DNA of 64,000 bases, taken from NCBI RefSeq assembly GCF_030144855.1, contig NC_082722.1, positions 51,770,001 through 51,834,000 of the forward strand, read 5' to 3'. The stretch comes from Hypanus sabinus (taxonomy: Eukaryota). The position numbers and the translations under genes were made by a program. Positions 12,741-60,299 of this stretch are shown here, piece by piece; the stretch's first letter is position 1, and the number at the start of each line of letters is the position of its first letter. The notes below the pieces were generated by a model. That model was not told the origin of the DNA and did not search any database. It saw nothing but the letters and a program-made list of their open reading frames with translations.

Positions 12741-13494
12741 GGGCTTATGGGATGCTCGACTTCATTAGCTGTGGCATGACTTATAAAAGCAGGGAGATCT
12801 TGAAACATTGGTTAGCTAACAACTGGAATATGTCCATTTTTGTTCACCGCACAATAGGAAGTATATGATTACAATGGAGAGGCCTAGAGGAGATTCATCA
12901 TAATATTGCCTGTATGGGCTGTTTCATCTGTGAGGTGAGATGAGCTGGGTTTGTCTGCCTTGCAGCATAGGAGATTGAGAAGAGACTTAATAGAAGTATA
13001 CAACATTGTGAGGAACACAGGATAGGAAGTCAGATACCTTTTCAATGTGCTTAAGACCAGTAAGTATATGAATAAGTTGAAGAGTAAGCGGTTTACTCTT
13101 AGGGCCGTCCATTGGTATAGTGGCATTAGCACTGGACTTGGAGGCAGGTGGTCCTGAGTTTGAATCTGGGTGGGTCTCAACCTGAGCAGCAGTAGTATCT
13201 GTAGAAGAAAGCTCTGGCCATCTATTTCCATGTCTTGCCATGAAAACCCAAGAGATGCCATTCATCTGTACTCAACAACAAGTGCTTTTGGGGAAGATTT
13301 TCTTCACTCAGTGTTGCAAACTTAAGAACACACCACCTGAGAAGGTGGGGGAAGCATGTGCTGTTTCACTGTTCAAGAAACATCTCAGTAAAACATATTA
13401 CCCAAGATTAAATGCTGGTAGGTGGTTTATGATCAATTTGGATTTAATGGGCCAATTGACTAGTTTCGGTTCTGTCTGATAGCTCTGTGAGGTG

Positions 13495-13945
13495 AGGGCC
13501 TCTGACCAGAGTTGACCATGGATATTGTGTCCAAGCTGTCTAAATGCACAAGCCTGGACAGTACAATATAGAGACCATGTTGACAATGTAGCAAGCTCCC
13601 CTTCTCTACGCATCTGCTGAACCCAAAGGAATGACAGAAACCGATACAGTTTGGTACCCGCAGCATTGTAGGAGTTACAAATCAGCGTTGAATTCAATGC
13701 AGGACTGCCTTCGGGACTCCAGTTCTGGATTTTTCTTTGAGTTTACTCCTGATGCCTTCAAGGCAGTAGAGGTTTGAGGTCAGAGTTTTTCTTCTAGATG
13801 AGGTGCCAACTATGGCTGATGAGCCCCATCTGCTTGAAGCAACTGGTTTCAAGGCACCAGTAACCTGCCTTTGCCCCTTCTCCTGTCAGTAGAAACAGTT
13901 CCGCTGGGCTTAGTACCTAAGCCACACATGAAGCCCAGGAGCTTT
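13495..13945 (-). mobile_element. Non-autonomous retroelement fragment (RTE/Vingi-like, family uncertain)
   Basis: Compositionally distinct block resembling a recurrent elasmobranch repeat; recalled similarity only. Confidence 0.35.
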
Positions 13946-14851
13946 CAAAATACAGTGAATTGTGGCTAATTGGGACACATTGAGAGTGGTACATTTTGGT
14001 TGAATTAAGCAGCTGGCTTAATCAGCTGAAGTTTCATGGAAGTAGTTAAAAAGATTTTAAAAAACCTTCCATTTAGCTGAGTAACAAATTATGTATTGAA
14101 ATGAAGTACAGAACGAATTAGAACATTACCAGTAATACTACAATACTATGAAACTATTATTTCCTAGTATTTATCGACAAAGGAATTCATCCAGTTGTCA
14201 TTGCCATGTTCTTTTAATTAATTGTAAATGAACAAAATCAGCGCAGGCACCTACCTAGCGCAGAAAATGGACTGCCTTTGTACAATGCATCCTTCAAATT
14301 TTCCACTTCTTTGAGGTATATAAGATGATTGTCAATGCCTTCAGATTCTTTCAGATAGTTTTTAAATTGTTGAGGTAGTAAAATCGTTTCATTTTTCACT
14401 CATTTGCTGCTTTTTGGCTATAAATAAATGTACCTGAGACTATTTTTTTGCTCTAAGCACAGTGTAGTGTCTAACAACCACACAAGTGTTTGTGACAGAC
14501 GCTAGTTAGAAACTGTTCAGCAAGACTCCTGTCCCAAATAACCAAAGGGAATCCCAGCTATTTTCTAGATTAGTTTTTGTACCTTTAAGAATTGTCCTGT
14601 GGCGGCTCATTTCCTAGCGTATGCGAACCGACTCACAATTAGATAGCCTACGGGGGTTTGCGAGCACAGAGCTTTGGAGCCTCTTCGCCATGGGGGGCCG
14701 GTTGACAGAGGCTTAAAAGTGAGGCTGAAGTTTTCGAATAAAGTTTTTCCTTCGACTGCAGTTACCGACTCCGTGTCGTAATTTTAGCGCTGTTTGTAGC
14801 ACACCGCTACAATTGGTGACCCCGATGGTCCAAACGATTTTTGGACCAGAA

Positions 14852-15538
14852 ATGACCGACGCCGCCTCTGTTCATGCGGTTTCGTTGACACTGCCGGGTT
14901 TCTGGACACAGCGCCCGGACCTATGGTTCCAGCAAGCCGAAGCCCAATTCCACGTTCGCCGGATCACCTCAGAAGACACCCGCTACTACTACGTGGTGGG
15001 CTCCCTCGACCAGGACACAGCTGCCCAGGTCGCGGAGTTCGTACAGTCGCCCCCGGCAGACGGCAAGTACACGGAATTCAAAGCCCTGCTCCTCAGGACT
15101 TTCGGACTCTCACGGCGCGAGTGGGCTGCCCGTTTACTGCACCTGGATGGCTTGGGCGACAGACCTCCATCGGCTTTAATGAACGAGATGTTGTCTCTGG
15201 CCGAGGGACACACAGGCCTCATGTTTGAGCAGGCATTCCTGGAGCAGCTGCCCGAGGACATACGCCTGCTGCTGTCCGACGCGGATTTCAGTGACCCCCG
15301 GAAGGTGGCAGCCCGGGCGGACTTGCTGTGGAACGCCAAAAAGGTGAGCGGGGCGTCCATCGCACAGATCTCCCAGCCACGCTCCCGGCAGCAAACCAGT
15401 CCAGGCCCGGCCGCAGAGCCCGCCAACCCCCGGCCCAATGAACACTGGTGCTTCTACTACCAGCGGTGGGGCGCAGAAGCCCGCCGTTGCCGCCCGCCCT
15501 GCAAGTTCCCGGGAAACGCCAGGGCCAGCCGCCGCTGA
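14852..15538 (+). CDS. Gag of gypsy element A (open frame)
   Basis: LPGFWTQRPDLWFQQAEAQF...; C-terminal CFYYQRWGAEARRCRPPC (CHCC knuckle with H>Y). Confidence 0.85.
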   Translation: MTDAASVHAVSLTLPGFWTQRPDLWFQQAEAQFHVRRITSEDTRYYYVVGSLDQDTAAQVAEFVQSPPADGKYTEFKALLLRTFGLSRREWAARLLHLDGLGDRPPSALMNEMLSLAEGHTGLMFEQAFLEQLPEDIRLLLSDADFSDPRKVAARADLLWNAKKVSGASIAQISQPRSRQQTSPGPAAEPANPRPNEHWCFYYQRWGAEARRCRPPCKFPGNARASRR

Positions 15539-15568
15539 TGGCTACGGCGGCTGGCCATCGGGATAGCC
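15511..15568 (+). other. -1 programmed ribosomal frameshift signal (G_GGA_AAC plus stem/pseudoknot)
   Basis: Slippery heptamer in the gag frame, 5-nt spacer, perfect 12-bp stem GGCCAGCCGCCG/CGGCGGCTGGCC, loop GGCTA complementary to downstream TAGCC; also present at 31738. Confidence 0.8.
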
Positions 15569-16075
15569 TCCTGTATGTGTGGGATAGCAGGTCGGGACGC
15601 CGCTTTTTGGTCAATACTGGGGCTGAGGTCAGCGTTTTACCTCCGACAAGTTACGACACTCGCAGCAGGGCACCGGGTCCCCCCCTGAGGGCCGTGAATG
15701 GCAGCACAGTAAGGACCTATGGCACCCGTCAGGTGCAGCTACAGTTCGGCCCCAGCCAGTTCACGTGGGACTTCACACTGGCCGCCGTAGCCCAACCGCT
15801 TCTGGGTGCGGATTTTTTGCGAGCTCACAGCCTGCTGGTTGACCTGCCCAGGAAGAGACTGGTACACGCCGAGACCTTTCAGACGTTCTCCCTGGGCGCG
15901 GCCCAGTTGCCAGCCCCTCACCTCGGCTCCATCACGCTGTCCGACAACGACTTCACCAGGGTCCTGGCGGAGTTCCCATCGGTTCTGGCACCGCAGTTCA
16001 CAGCAGCCATGCCCAGGCACGGCGTACAGCACCACATCCCGACACAGGGACCACCCCTCCATGCCCGTGCTCGGC
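15511..16075 (+). pseudogene. Truncated pol (aspartic protease) of gypsy A, in the -1 frame
   Basis: FLVNTGAEVSVLP (catalytic D>N), LLGADFL; ends at the deletion before RT. Confidence 0.85.
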
Positions 16076-16565
16076 CGCTACAGTCCTAAATTAACCGATT
16101 GCCCAGTTAACCAGAATCCACTAACAAAAACTGAACTTAACCTGCTTTGTCCTTGCGCATAGAATTGGAGAGTCTAATAGTATTTTGGCATCAAAATTCA
16201 TGGCTGGAAAAAGTACAATATAAAAGTTAAAGATGTATATTGAAGTGCTGTTTGAAGAAAAATAAATCAATAAGACAAAAGAATGGGGAAGGCACTGGGT
16301 GAGAATGATGGTGGAAGATTAACATTTGCCTGTTGAAATCTTGCACTGGTGTAATTTCAATGTTAGTTAACAAATAGCCCTCTTCTACAAACTCTTAAAA
16401 ATGTTTTGGGAGTCAGGAAGCAAAATAAGTTTCTGACTTCACAGAAACACTCTGGTCTTTTAGCAAACACAAGGAAATCTGCAGATGCTGGAAATTCAAA
16501 CAACAGCACACACAAAATGCTAGTGGAACACAGCAGGCCAGGCAGCATCTATAGGGAGAAGCACT

Positions 16566-16600
16566 GTCGACGTTTCAGGCTGAGACCCTTCGTCAGGAGT
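16566..16600 (-). ncRNA. Minimal type I hammerhead ribozyme motif in PLE repeat (core intact)
   Basis: Minus strand actc-CTGACGA-A-GGG-tctcag-CCT-GAAA-CGTC-gac; one mismatch in stem I. Confidence 0.7.
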
Positions 16601-17067
16601 AACTGAAAGAAAAGATAGTAAGAGATTTGAAAGTAGTGGGGGGAGGGGGAAATGCGAAATGATAGGAGAAGACCGGAGGGGGTGGGATGAAGCTAAGAGC
16701 TGGAAAGGTGATTGGCAAAAGTGACACAGAGTTGGAGAAGGGAAAGGATCATGGGAGGCCTCAGGAGAAAGAAAGGCGGGGGGGGGGGGGGAAACACCAG
16801 AGGGAGATGGAGAACAGGCAAACAACTAAATATCTCAGGGATGGGGTAAGAAGGGGAGGAGGGGCATTAACAGAAGTTACAGAAGTCAATGTTCATGCCA
16901 TCGGGTTGGAGGCTACCCAGCCGGTATATAGGGCGTTGTTCCTCCAACCTGAGTTTGGATTCATTTTGACAGTAGAGGAGGCAATGGATAGACATTTCAG
17001 AATGGGAATGGGACATGGAATTAAAATGTGTGGCCACTGGGAGATCCTACTTTCTCTGGCGGACCGA

Positions 17068-17914
17068 CAGCTACCTGGACTATTCCTCTTCCCACCCTGT
17101 CTCTTGCAAAAATGCTATCCCCTTCTCACAATTCCTCCATCTCCACCGCATCTGCTCTCAGGATGAGGCTTTTCTTTCCAGGACGAAGATGTCTTCCTTT
17201 TTTAAACAAAGGGGCTTCCTTTTGTTCACCATCAACTCTGCTCTCAAACGCATCTCTCCCATTTCCTGCACCTCTACACTCACCCCATCCACCCGCCACC
17301 CCACTCAGGATAGGGCTCCCCTTGTCCTTGCCTACCACCCCACCAGCCTCCAGGGCCAACGTATAATTCAATGTAACTTCCGCCACCTCCAACGGGATCC
17401 CACTACCAAACACATTTTTCCCTACCCCCCCCCTTCTGCTTTTCACAGAGATCTACATGACTCCCTTGTCCGCTCATCCCCCCCATCCCTTCCCACCGAT
17501 CTCCCTCCTGGAACTTATCCTTGTAAACGAAACAAGTGCTACACCTGCCCTTACACTTCCTCCCTCACCACCATTCAGGGCACCAGGCAGTCCTTCCAGG
17601 TGAGGCGACACTTCACCTGTGAGTCAGCTGGTGTGGTATACTGCATCTGGTGCTCCCGGTGTGGCCTTTTATATATTGGTGAGACCCGACGCAGACTGGG
17701 AGACCGTTTCGCTGAACACCTATGCTCGGTCCGCCAGAAAAAGCAGGATCTCCCAGTGGCCACACATTTTAATTCCATGTCCCATTCCCATTCTGATATG
17801 TCTATCCATGGCCTCCTCTATTGTCAAAATGAATCCAAACTCAGGTTGGAGGAACAACACCTTATATACCGGCTGGGTAGCCTCCAACCTGATGGCATGA
17901 ACATTGACCTCTAA
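17068..17914 (+). pseudogene. 5'-truncated PLE ORF: RT thumb plus GIY-YIG endonuclease
   Basis: Open frame DSYLDYSSSHP...VVYCIWCSRCGLLYIGETRRRLGDRFAEH...LEEQHLIYRLGSLQPDGMN. Confidence 0.85.
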
Positions 17915-18176
17915 CTTCCGTTAATGCCCCTCCTCCCCTTCTTACCACATCCCTGAGATATTTAGTTGTTTGCCTGTTCTCCATCTCCCTCTGGTGCTCT
18001 CCCCCCTTCTTTCTCCTGAGGCCTCCCGTCCCATGTTCCTTTCCCTTCTCCAGCTCTGTATCCCTTTCGCCAATCACCTTTCCAGCTCTTAGCTTCATCC
18101 CACCCCCTCCGGTCTTCTATCATTTCACATTTCCCCCTCCCCCCACTACTTTCAAATCTCTTACTATCTTTTGGTT

Positions 18177-18211
18177 AGTCCTGATGAAGGGTCTCAGCCC
18201 GAAACGTGGAC
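18177..18211 (+). ncRNA. Minimal hammerhead ribozyme motif with cleavage triplet mutated (GUG)
   Basis: agtc-CTGATGA-A-GGG-tctcag-CCC-GAAA-CGTG-gac. Confidence 0.7.
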
Positions 18212-18369
18212 AGTGCTTCTCCCTATAGATGCTGCCTGACCTGTTGTGTTCCACCAGCATTTTGTGTGTGTTGTTGGTCTTTTAGCTATTCATCCTGTTG
18301 GAAATCACCTTTTAACTACCTTGTATCCCTCAAGTAAAATTTCTTAATATGGTCCTTTAAAGTGACCAT

Positions 18370-19175
18370 TGTTACGCCCGTGGCCCCCTCCTTTTTGAGA
18401 ATCACAGGATCGCTATTGATTCGGGTCTGGAGACCCAGGAAATGAGAGAGAGACACGCAGATTCCTCAATGTTTGGAATGTGTCCTGGGCCTCTGAGAGA
18501 CAAAGCCATGGTTAACGGCCGTTATCTCTTGGAGACGGAATTGTGTATTGAGTACTGTACGAATCATCGAAGCCCCCAGGCAATGAACCGAGGGGGGTTG
18601 GTGGAGGGATTGCATCATCCCAACCTGATTGACATCTGAGACCCTGTGAGTCAGGATAAAAGAGGGTCTGGGGAACAGCCTCTTCAGACGCACCAGAAGA
18701 AATGCTAGAACTCCTGTAACAGTGGAATAGCGAAAGCCGGTGGAAAAGCCCACGTGCATCCTTTTCCATTTGCCTCGGAATTGGTGGGCCTTTACCATGG
18801 AAGCATGGCTTTAGCTAACAACAAAGGGGAAATCAGCCCCCAACGACTCTCGAAGGATTGACATCATAAAAGGAATGGGCAAGTTAAACCTCCGTCTTTC
18901 TCTCCAACCAAAAGCTGCAGCTTGAATGAACTTGAGTGACTTTTATATTTCCATCGGACAATACATTATCCCCCTAGACAACGATAGAGCTATTTCTTAT
19001 TGATTATTATTATACCTGCACTTTTAGATTTAGTATTGACATATTATCTGTATGTTTGCATTGATAATATTTTTGTGTATTTTTATCAATAAACACTGTT
19101 AAAAATAGTACCATCAGACTCCAACGGACCTCTCTATCTTTGCTGGTAAGTGACCCAGTTATGGGGTATGTAACA
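18370..19175 (+). mobile_element. Solo LTR (806 bp)
   Basis: Termini tgttac...gtaaca, 4-bp TSD CCAT (18366-18369 and 19176-19179), TATA-like gataaaa at about 18655, AATAAA at about 19088. Confidence 0.88.
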
Positions 19176-19517
19176 CCATATTAAGAAATTTTGGGTATTT
19201 CTACTTTATTTGTATTTTTTTATGTGGGACATTACCCTAGTGAATCTACACAGTAAGCTCTAGGTTGCCTCAATATTCTTCTTAGTGTAAAACCCAAAGT
19301 GCAGATAAGTCTCTTAATTTCTTGTAAAATCTGATTTCTCCTTTTGATGTTCTGTACCTCTTTGCCAATATATATCTTGGCTGGTCTTCCACCCCCTCCC
19401 CTTGTATTGCTGTTTCTAATGTTTTGTATATCTAAATATCCAAATGCCTGCATTCTGAGATGGCTGTTTTCTGTTGACAAAATAATTTTGAAATCTATCT
19501 GCTACTTTAAATTGTCA

Positions 19518-19650
19518 TTTTATTCCTTCTGTCTTTGCAGAATGCCTTGGTGTTCAGAATGCATTATCTTAGTTTCACCTGTGTATATATGTGAAACTAA
19601 GGTATTGTATCTGAACACCAAGGCATTCTACAAGGACAGAAGGAATAAAA
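19518..19650. repeat. 133-nt near-perfect inverted repeat (hairpin)
   Basis: Arms of about 60 bp: ttttattccttctgtc...cttagtttcac and gtgaaactaag...gacagaaggaataaaa. Confidence 0.9.
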
Positions 19651-21104
19651 TACACGTTTCATCAGCCTGCACCTGGTATTTAAGATTTTCTTTTCCTGTA
19701 AAATCCATGGATTTATTCTGTGAGATCTTAGCATGTTCTCCTTAAGCTTCACAAACTTCGCTGTCTTAATTATGGTATCTTTCATCTTGCTTTTAACCAA
19801 TTTAGGGATTGCTAACTCTTATCTGTGGAGAGAGAAACGCTTGGTGAAAGATCAACAGATACGAGAAGCTAGATGCTGGAAATCAGAAGCATCAGACAAA
19901 ATGTTGGCAGAACTTAGCAGGTCAGGGCAGCATCTACGGAAGGAAATAGAGAGCCATCTTTTTGAGTCGGCACCATTCATCAGAGTTCTGTTGACTATCC
20001 ACTTCCCTCCATGGGTGCATCTAACATTGCTGAGTTCCTCAAACATTTTGAAAGAAAGATCACCAACCTGTAAAGTTAACTGTTTTTCCTTTTCTCCAGA
20101 TGTTATCTGAACTGTTCTATATCTGCAGCATTTTTTATTGAAAGTATCCCTGTCATTTTCTGTCTACCTTCTGTTAACTTGGACTTTCAAATAGTGGTTC
20201 TAACTTACTTTTAACATTTATTCAATTTTATCTGTACTATTAGAAATAAATGCAGCACAAAAATAGGTTATTCAGATCAATTACTGTTTGTATTTATTTT
20301 CTTCCTTTGGGAGAATTCGATTGCTGTTGGTCAATCTCGTCTTCCAGCATATACGTTGGCATTCAGCCTTTTTTTTTAATAGTCAGATTTGTATTGCCTA
20401 AAGTAAAAATTGTTTGATTGCCTCAGAAGTGGAAACTATTTTATTATTTCACTATGCAAGTGAAATCTATCTTGCATGACTCATTCATACATTTTAAAGT
20501 ACTTCTCAGATTAAAAAAAAATAGCCTGATCCCATTCAAGCTTTCAGAAAATTGTTTTATAACATGTTTATACACAGTCTCCACAATGGAATAGTCAGCT
20601 TTCATTTTGCCGTTATGATGCACTTCAAATGTCAGTTCTATAGTTTATAAAAACTTTGAAAATGCAATTTTGTTCACTTTCTAATGGCATACTCTGTTCT
20701 GAACAGTCTAGAAGTTGTAACCAAAATCATATTTTAAAATTAAGGAAGTAATGAGTTGTTCCTTGAATCAGATTTGGATTCTTAAAAGATTCTGCTGCTA
20801 TGCCTAACAGATGCAAGTCCTGGATCCTGGAATTAATATTTTATCTAGTATAGAAAAAGTATGCATTGGCTTTTTCTTAAGTGTATAATCATTAGTGACT
20901 TGTGGAAAGAAAAACAAAACATGTTTATAATCCTTTCAAGGGAAGAATTTTCAATTTGTAATATGTCTATACTGTAGTCATATAAATATACTTAAGAGTA
21001 ATTATCGATGAATTTTATTTCTAAAAGTTCAAAACAATTTGTTTATAAAGACTGGAGAAAAAAAACACCTGATGAAATTGATTTATATTTCCCTTAATAT
21101 CTGA

Positions 21105-57265
<36,161 letters not shown>

Positions 57266-60230
57266 AACCAGATCAAGCTGAAGAATTCTCATTTGAAGTT
57301 TTATGTGTGCTGATTATTTAATGAACCAAGCTGAATTATGTGGAAATATAATGTAGATATGAACAGTGGAGTTTAATTCTAGTAGTGACCAATTAATATG
57401 AATTGTGACTCATCTTAAGTAACCATAAGAAGTTGAAAAATACCCTTGAATTTTTAAGATGAGTTACAAATTGTTGAGTTACAAGGATAGCTTTTGGTTC
57501 TCTGAGGAGCTGTTACAAAAATCTTGATGAATAACTTATGAAAAGTGACTTCATAGCTCATTTGATGATTTGTAAAATCCAACCACTTATGTACATTTTA
57601 TATACATTTCTCTCAGAGCACTTTCTTCTAAAACTGTTTAATTTTGTAGTGACATTAGGGCCATCAATTTGTGAATTATAGGAAAATAATTCTCACTGTT
57701 AGAAGCTTAAGTGAAACTCAATAATGCAGTTTCTGGAAATATTTTTGAAGACAAGATGTTAATCTGCAGCCTTTTTCCATTTTCTGCTCATGAGCATCAG
57801 TGCAGTGATTGACAAAGAAGGAAATGCTATTCTGGAATATCTGGAACTCTGCTAAGTTTATCTTCAAGGTTGATGAATTATACATTTAAATTGACGAACA
57901 GACCTGGGATTATAACTATTTCAGATGGTTGATAGAAAAGCAAGAAACTACTGTTTTTTTAAAGTTGTACTGATTAAGAGCACATAAATATATAAATTTA
58001 AGGCAGCAGTGTGCACAACCCTGTTTCAGAATAGAGGATTAAAATGCCTTGTCGTAAGTGTAGTTTAGTTTAAATTTATTAATCTCCGAACATTGCAATT
58101 ATACTGAAGACTGCTTTTCTTTATTCATTTGTATATTTGATGAACAGAAAAGCCACTGTTGTACAACAAATCTTCAAACTAAGCTATCAAGGAATTTTCA
58201 GATAGTAATTTGCTGAGTTCGTTTCATAAACTGATTTCCCCAATTATGCACACGGTCATTTCACCAACTAAAACCGTAGTTTGTCAGTCAGTACTGGTAA
58301 ATAAGATATTGTTTGTCCATGAAGACCATCTCTTCAGGCATTTCTGAGGAAAATTATTTAATTTTTATTTGAAGAATCTATTTCTTACTGAGAATTCCAG
58401 CTCTCCATAATGTGTTGGTGATTCTTTGAATATTGTATATCTTTGTCCCAGGCATTGTTTGAGTGAATATGATATAATATTTATTGTTTAGTTTGCTACA
58501 CTATGAAATGAAGTTGGGTTTTAATTTAATTTTCATTACAAATGATTGAAAATTATCTTTGTTAAACCAAATATAATAATATTATTTGGCCTATTGCACA
58601 TTTTCTGGAAAGGTTTAAAATTCCTAATGGAATGTGCAAAGTTGGTATAAAGCCACCATATTGATCACTGCTGAGCATTCAAAATTTGTTTTGAAAATGT
58701 CATTTTCTTCATTCAGCTAATTAGAATATGAAGCAACACCAGCCAGGTCCAAGACAATTACCCTGGTCATTTACTCTTGTAGGCTAGTTTTAACCAGCAC
58801 ATTCTATTCTCCAACAGTAGAGTGTATATTTCATTGGTATATTTATTTTCTCAGGCAACTTAATGATCTATGACTGGTCTGATATTGACTAAGACAATCT
58901 GATCTAACTTGGAGTTTAAGATATTCTTATTTTAATAATTGTTAGAGTTGACACCTCAACCTTTTTGAAGATTTAAATAGTACTCTGTAACAATGAAGTT
59001 GGCTTGTTTTAGATGACGTCCACAAAGAATTATTCTGATGTAATCATTGGTAAGATATTCAAAACAGGAATAGATAAATAGAATAAGCATTGAGAAAGAG
59101 ATAGCAAAGAAATGATCTTGTTTTAATGACACAAGAACTTGTGATCTGTGACTTGTTTTCTGATCTATTGTTCTGTTTAAATGGTTATCAGAGCGGAGGG
59201 AAATTAGTTAACACACTATTGAACCTGGGTTGCAAAATGATATGCTGCTTTTCCTCTTTCCACCCTACATTCACCAATCCCCCCATCTTCAATGAACCAT
59301 GAGGTAACATATGACAGTATTCCTAAATTTATTTCACCACCACTACAATTTTTAAATGCTGCTAATGGTTGTCTTTCTCAAAAGCTGCATTTTGAAGACA
59401 CTAAGATTTAAGTTATGTACTTTTTGGAAAACTTTATCTCTCATTAATATTTGGATCTCCTTCTGAAGAAAGAGTATCAGCTGTCTTGTGCACATTTTGT
59501 AAAATGTTTTCCTTTTTTGTAACTTGGTAACAAAGGCCAATCTGATAACTGGCCTTTGGTAACTTCATGCAGTAATGCGTTACTCTTCCCTTTGGATGGT
59601 TACAGATTGGGGGGGGGGGGAAGGGAATAAATCCTGATGGCAAGGAATTATCTGGAAAGATTCTGCTGAAATTTTAGTTGTCATTCAAAACAATACCATT
59701 GAAGTCAAAATACATTTAAACACAATCAGATTGATCAGCTTTTGAAGAAAAAAAATAAAGGTAACATTTAAAGCTGATTACAAATGGAAATTTCTAGAAA
59801 ATTTTCTCATGTGCAGAGGAAACAAAGATTGGATTCGCATATTGCTAATGACTTTATCAAGCTATAATAAAAGACCATAAAGATGAAATTATAGATTAAA
59901 TCTTTTCTCTGTTTGCACTTTACGCTGTCTGGTTTTTGTTTACTGTTTCCAGCTCTGTAGCTGTTATTTGGAGAATGCAGATACTTTTTATACATAGTGT
60001 TTGTTAGGAAAATTTAAAATATGAATGTGCTAAACTCATTCCACTATTTAGGAAATGGTGGTTCTCTGGATATGTTTGTACATTGTCTGTGTAAACTACC
60101 AGAAATTACATAATCTGATATTTAATGCATGTGCATAATCAAAGAATGTATCGACTCTTGACATTTTACATGGTGCTTTAATTATACTAATGACTATGTT
60201 CAGTTAATAAATTTGCTATATTTCAAAGCT
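57266..60230 (+). other. DEF8: Probable DEF8 3' UTR
   Basis: AT-rich stretch with no recognisable TE between the stop codon and AATAAA at 60206; CR1 sequence resumes at about 60300. Confidence 0.55.
60206..60211 (+). terminator. Candidate DEF8 polyadenylation signal AATAAA
   Basis: Canonical hexamer at the end of the TE-free tract; other AATAAA copies exist upstream, for example near 59626 and 59754. Confidence 0.5.
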
Positions 60231-60299
60231 TTGTCAAAATAGTATGTCTTAAAGTGCATCTTAAATTGTTTTGCTAAAGTAGATCATGGATGACAGAAT

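Larger units (their letters stand above)
14598..16082 (+). mobile_element. Ty3/gypsy LTR retrotransposon A (CsRn1 clade), internally deleted
   Basis: 5' LTR 14598-14811 (TG..CA), PBS tggtgaccccga (tRNA-Trp), gag, protease, then only the last ~8 nt (ccgctaca) of the 3' LTR; 4-bp TSD GTCC at 14594-14597 and 16083-16086. Confidence 0.92.
13953..16122. mobile_element. Tigger/pogo-like non-autonomous DNA transposon interrupted by gypsy element A
   Basis: Degenerate TIRs ta|cagtgaattgtggctaattggg ... cccagttaaccagaatccact. Confidence 0.55.
16465..18274 (+). mobile_element. Penelope-like element (Neptune-type) with inverted-repeat structure
   Basis: Inverted arms about 16501-17067 and 17726-18274; 12-bp TSD tggtcttttagc at 16453-16464 and 18275-18286; RT C-terminus, Cys linker (CKRNKCYTC) and GIY-YIG (GVVYCIWC...LYIGETRR). 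Confidence 0.92.

Noticed and set aside
17015-17067. ATG start of the 299-aa PLE ORF
   Set aside because: The first ~17 codons come from the inverted arm; the fusion is an accident of the inversion junction.
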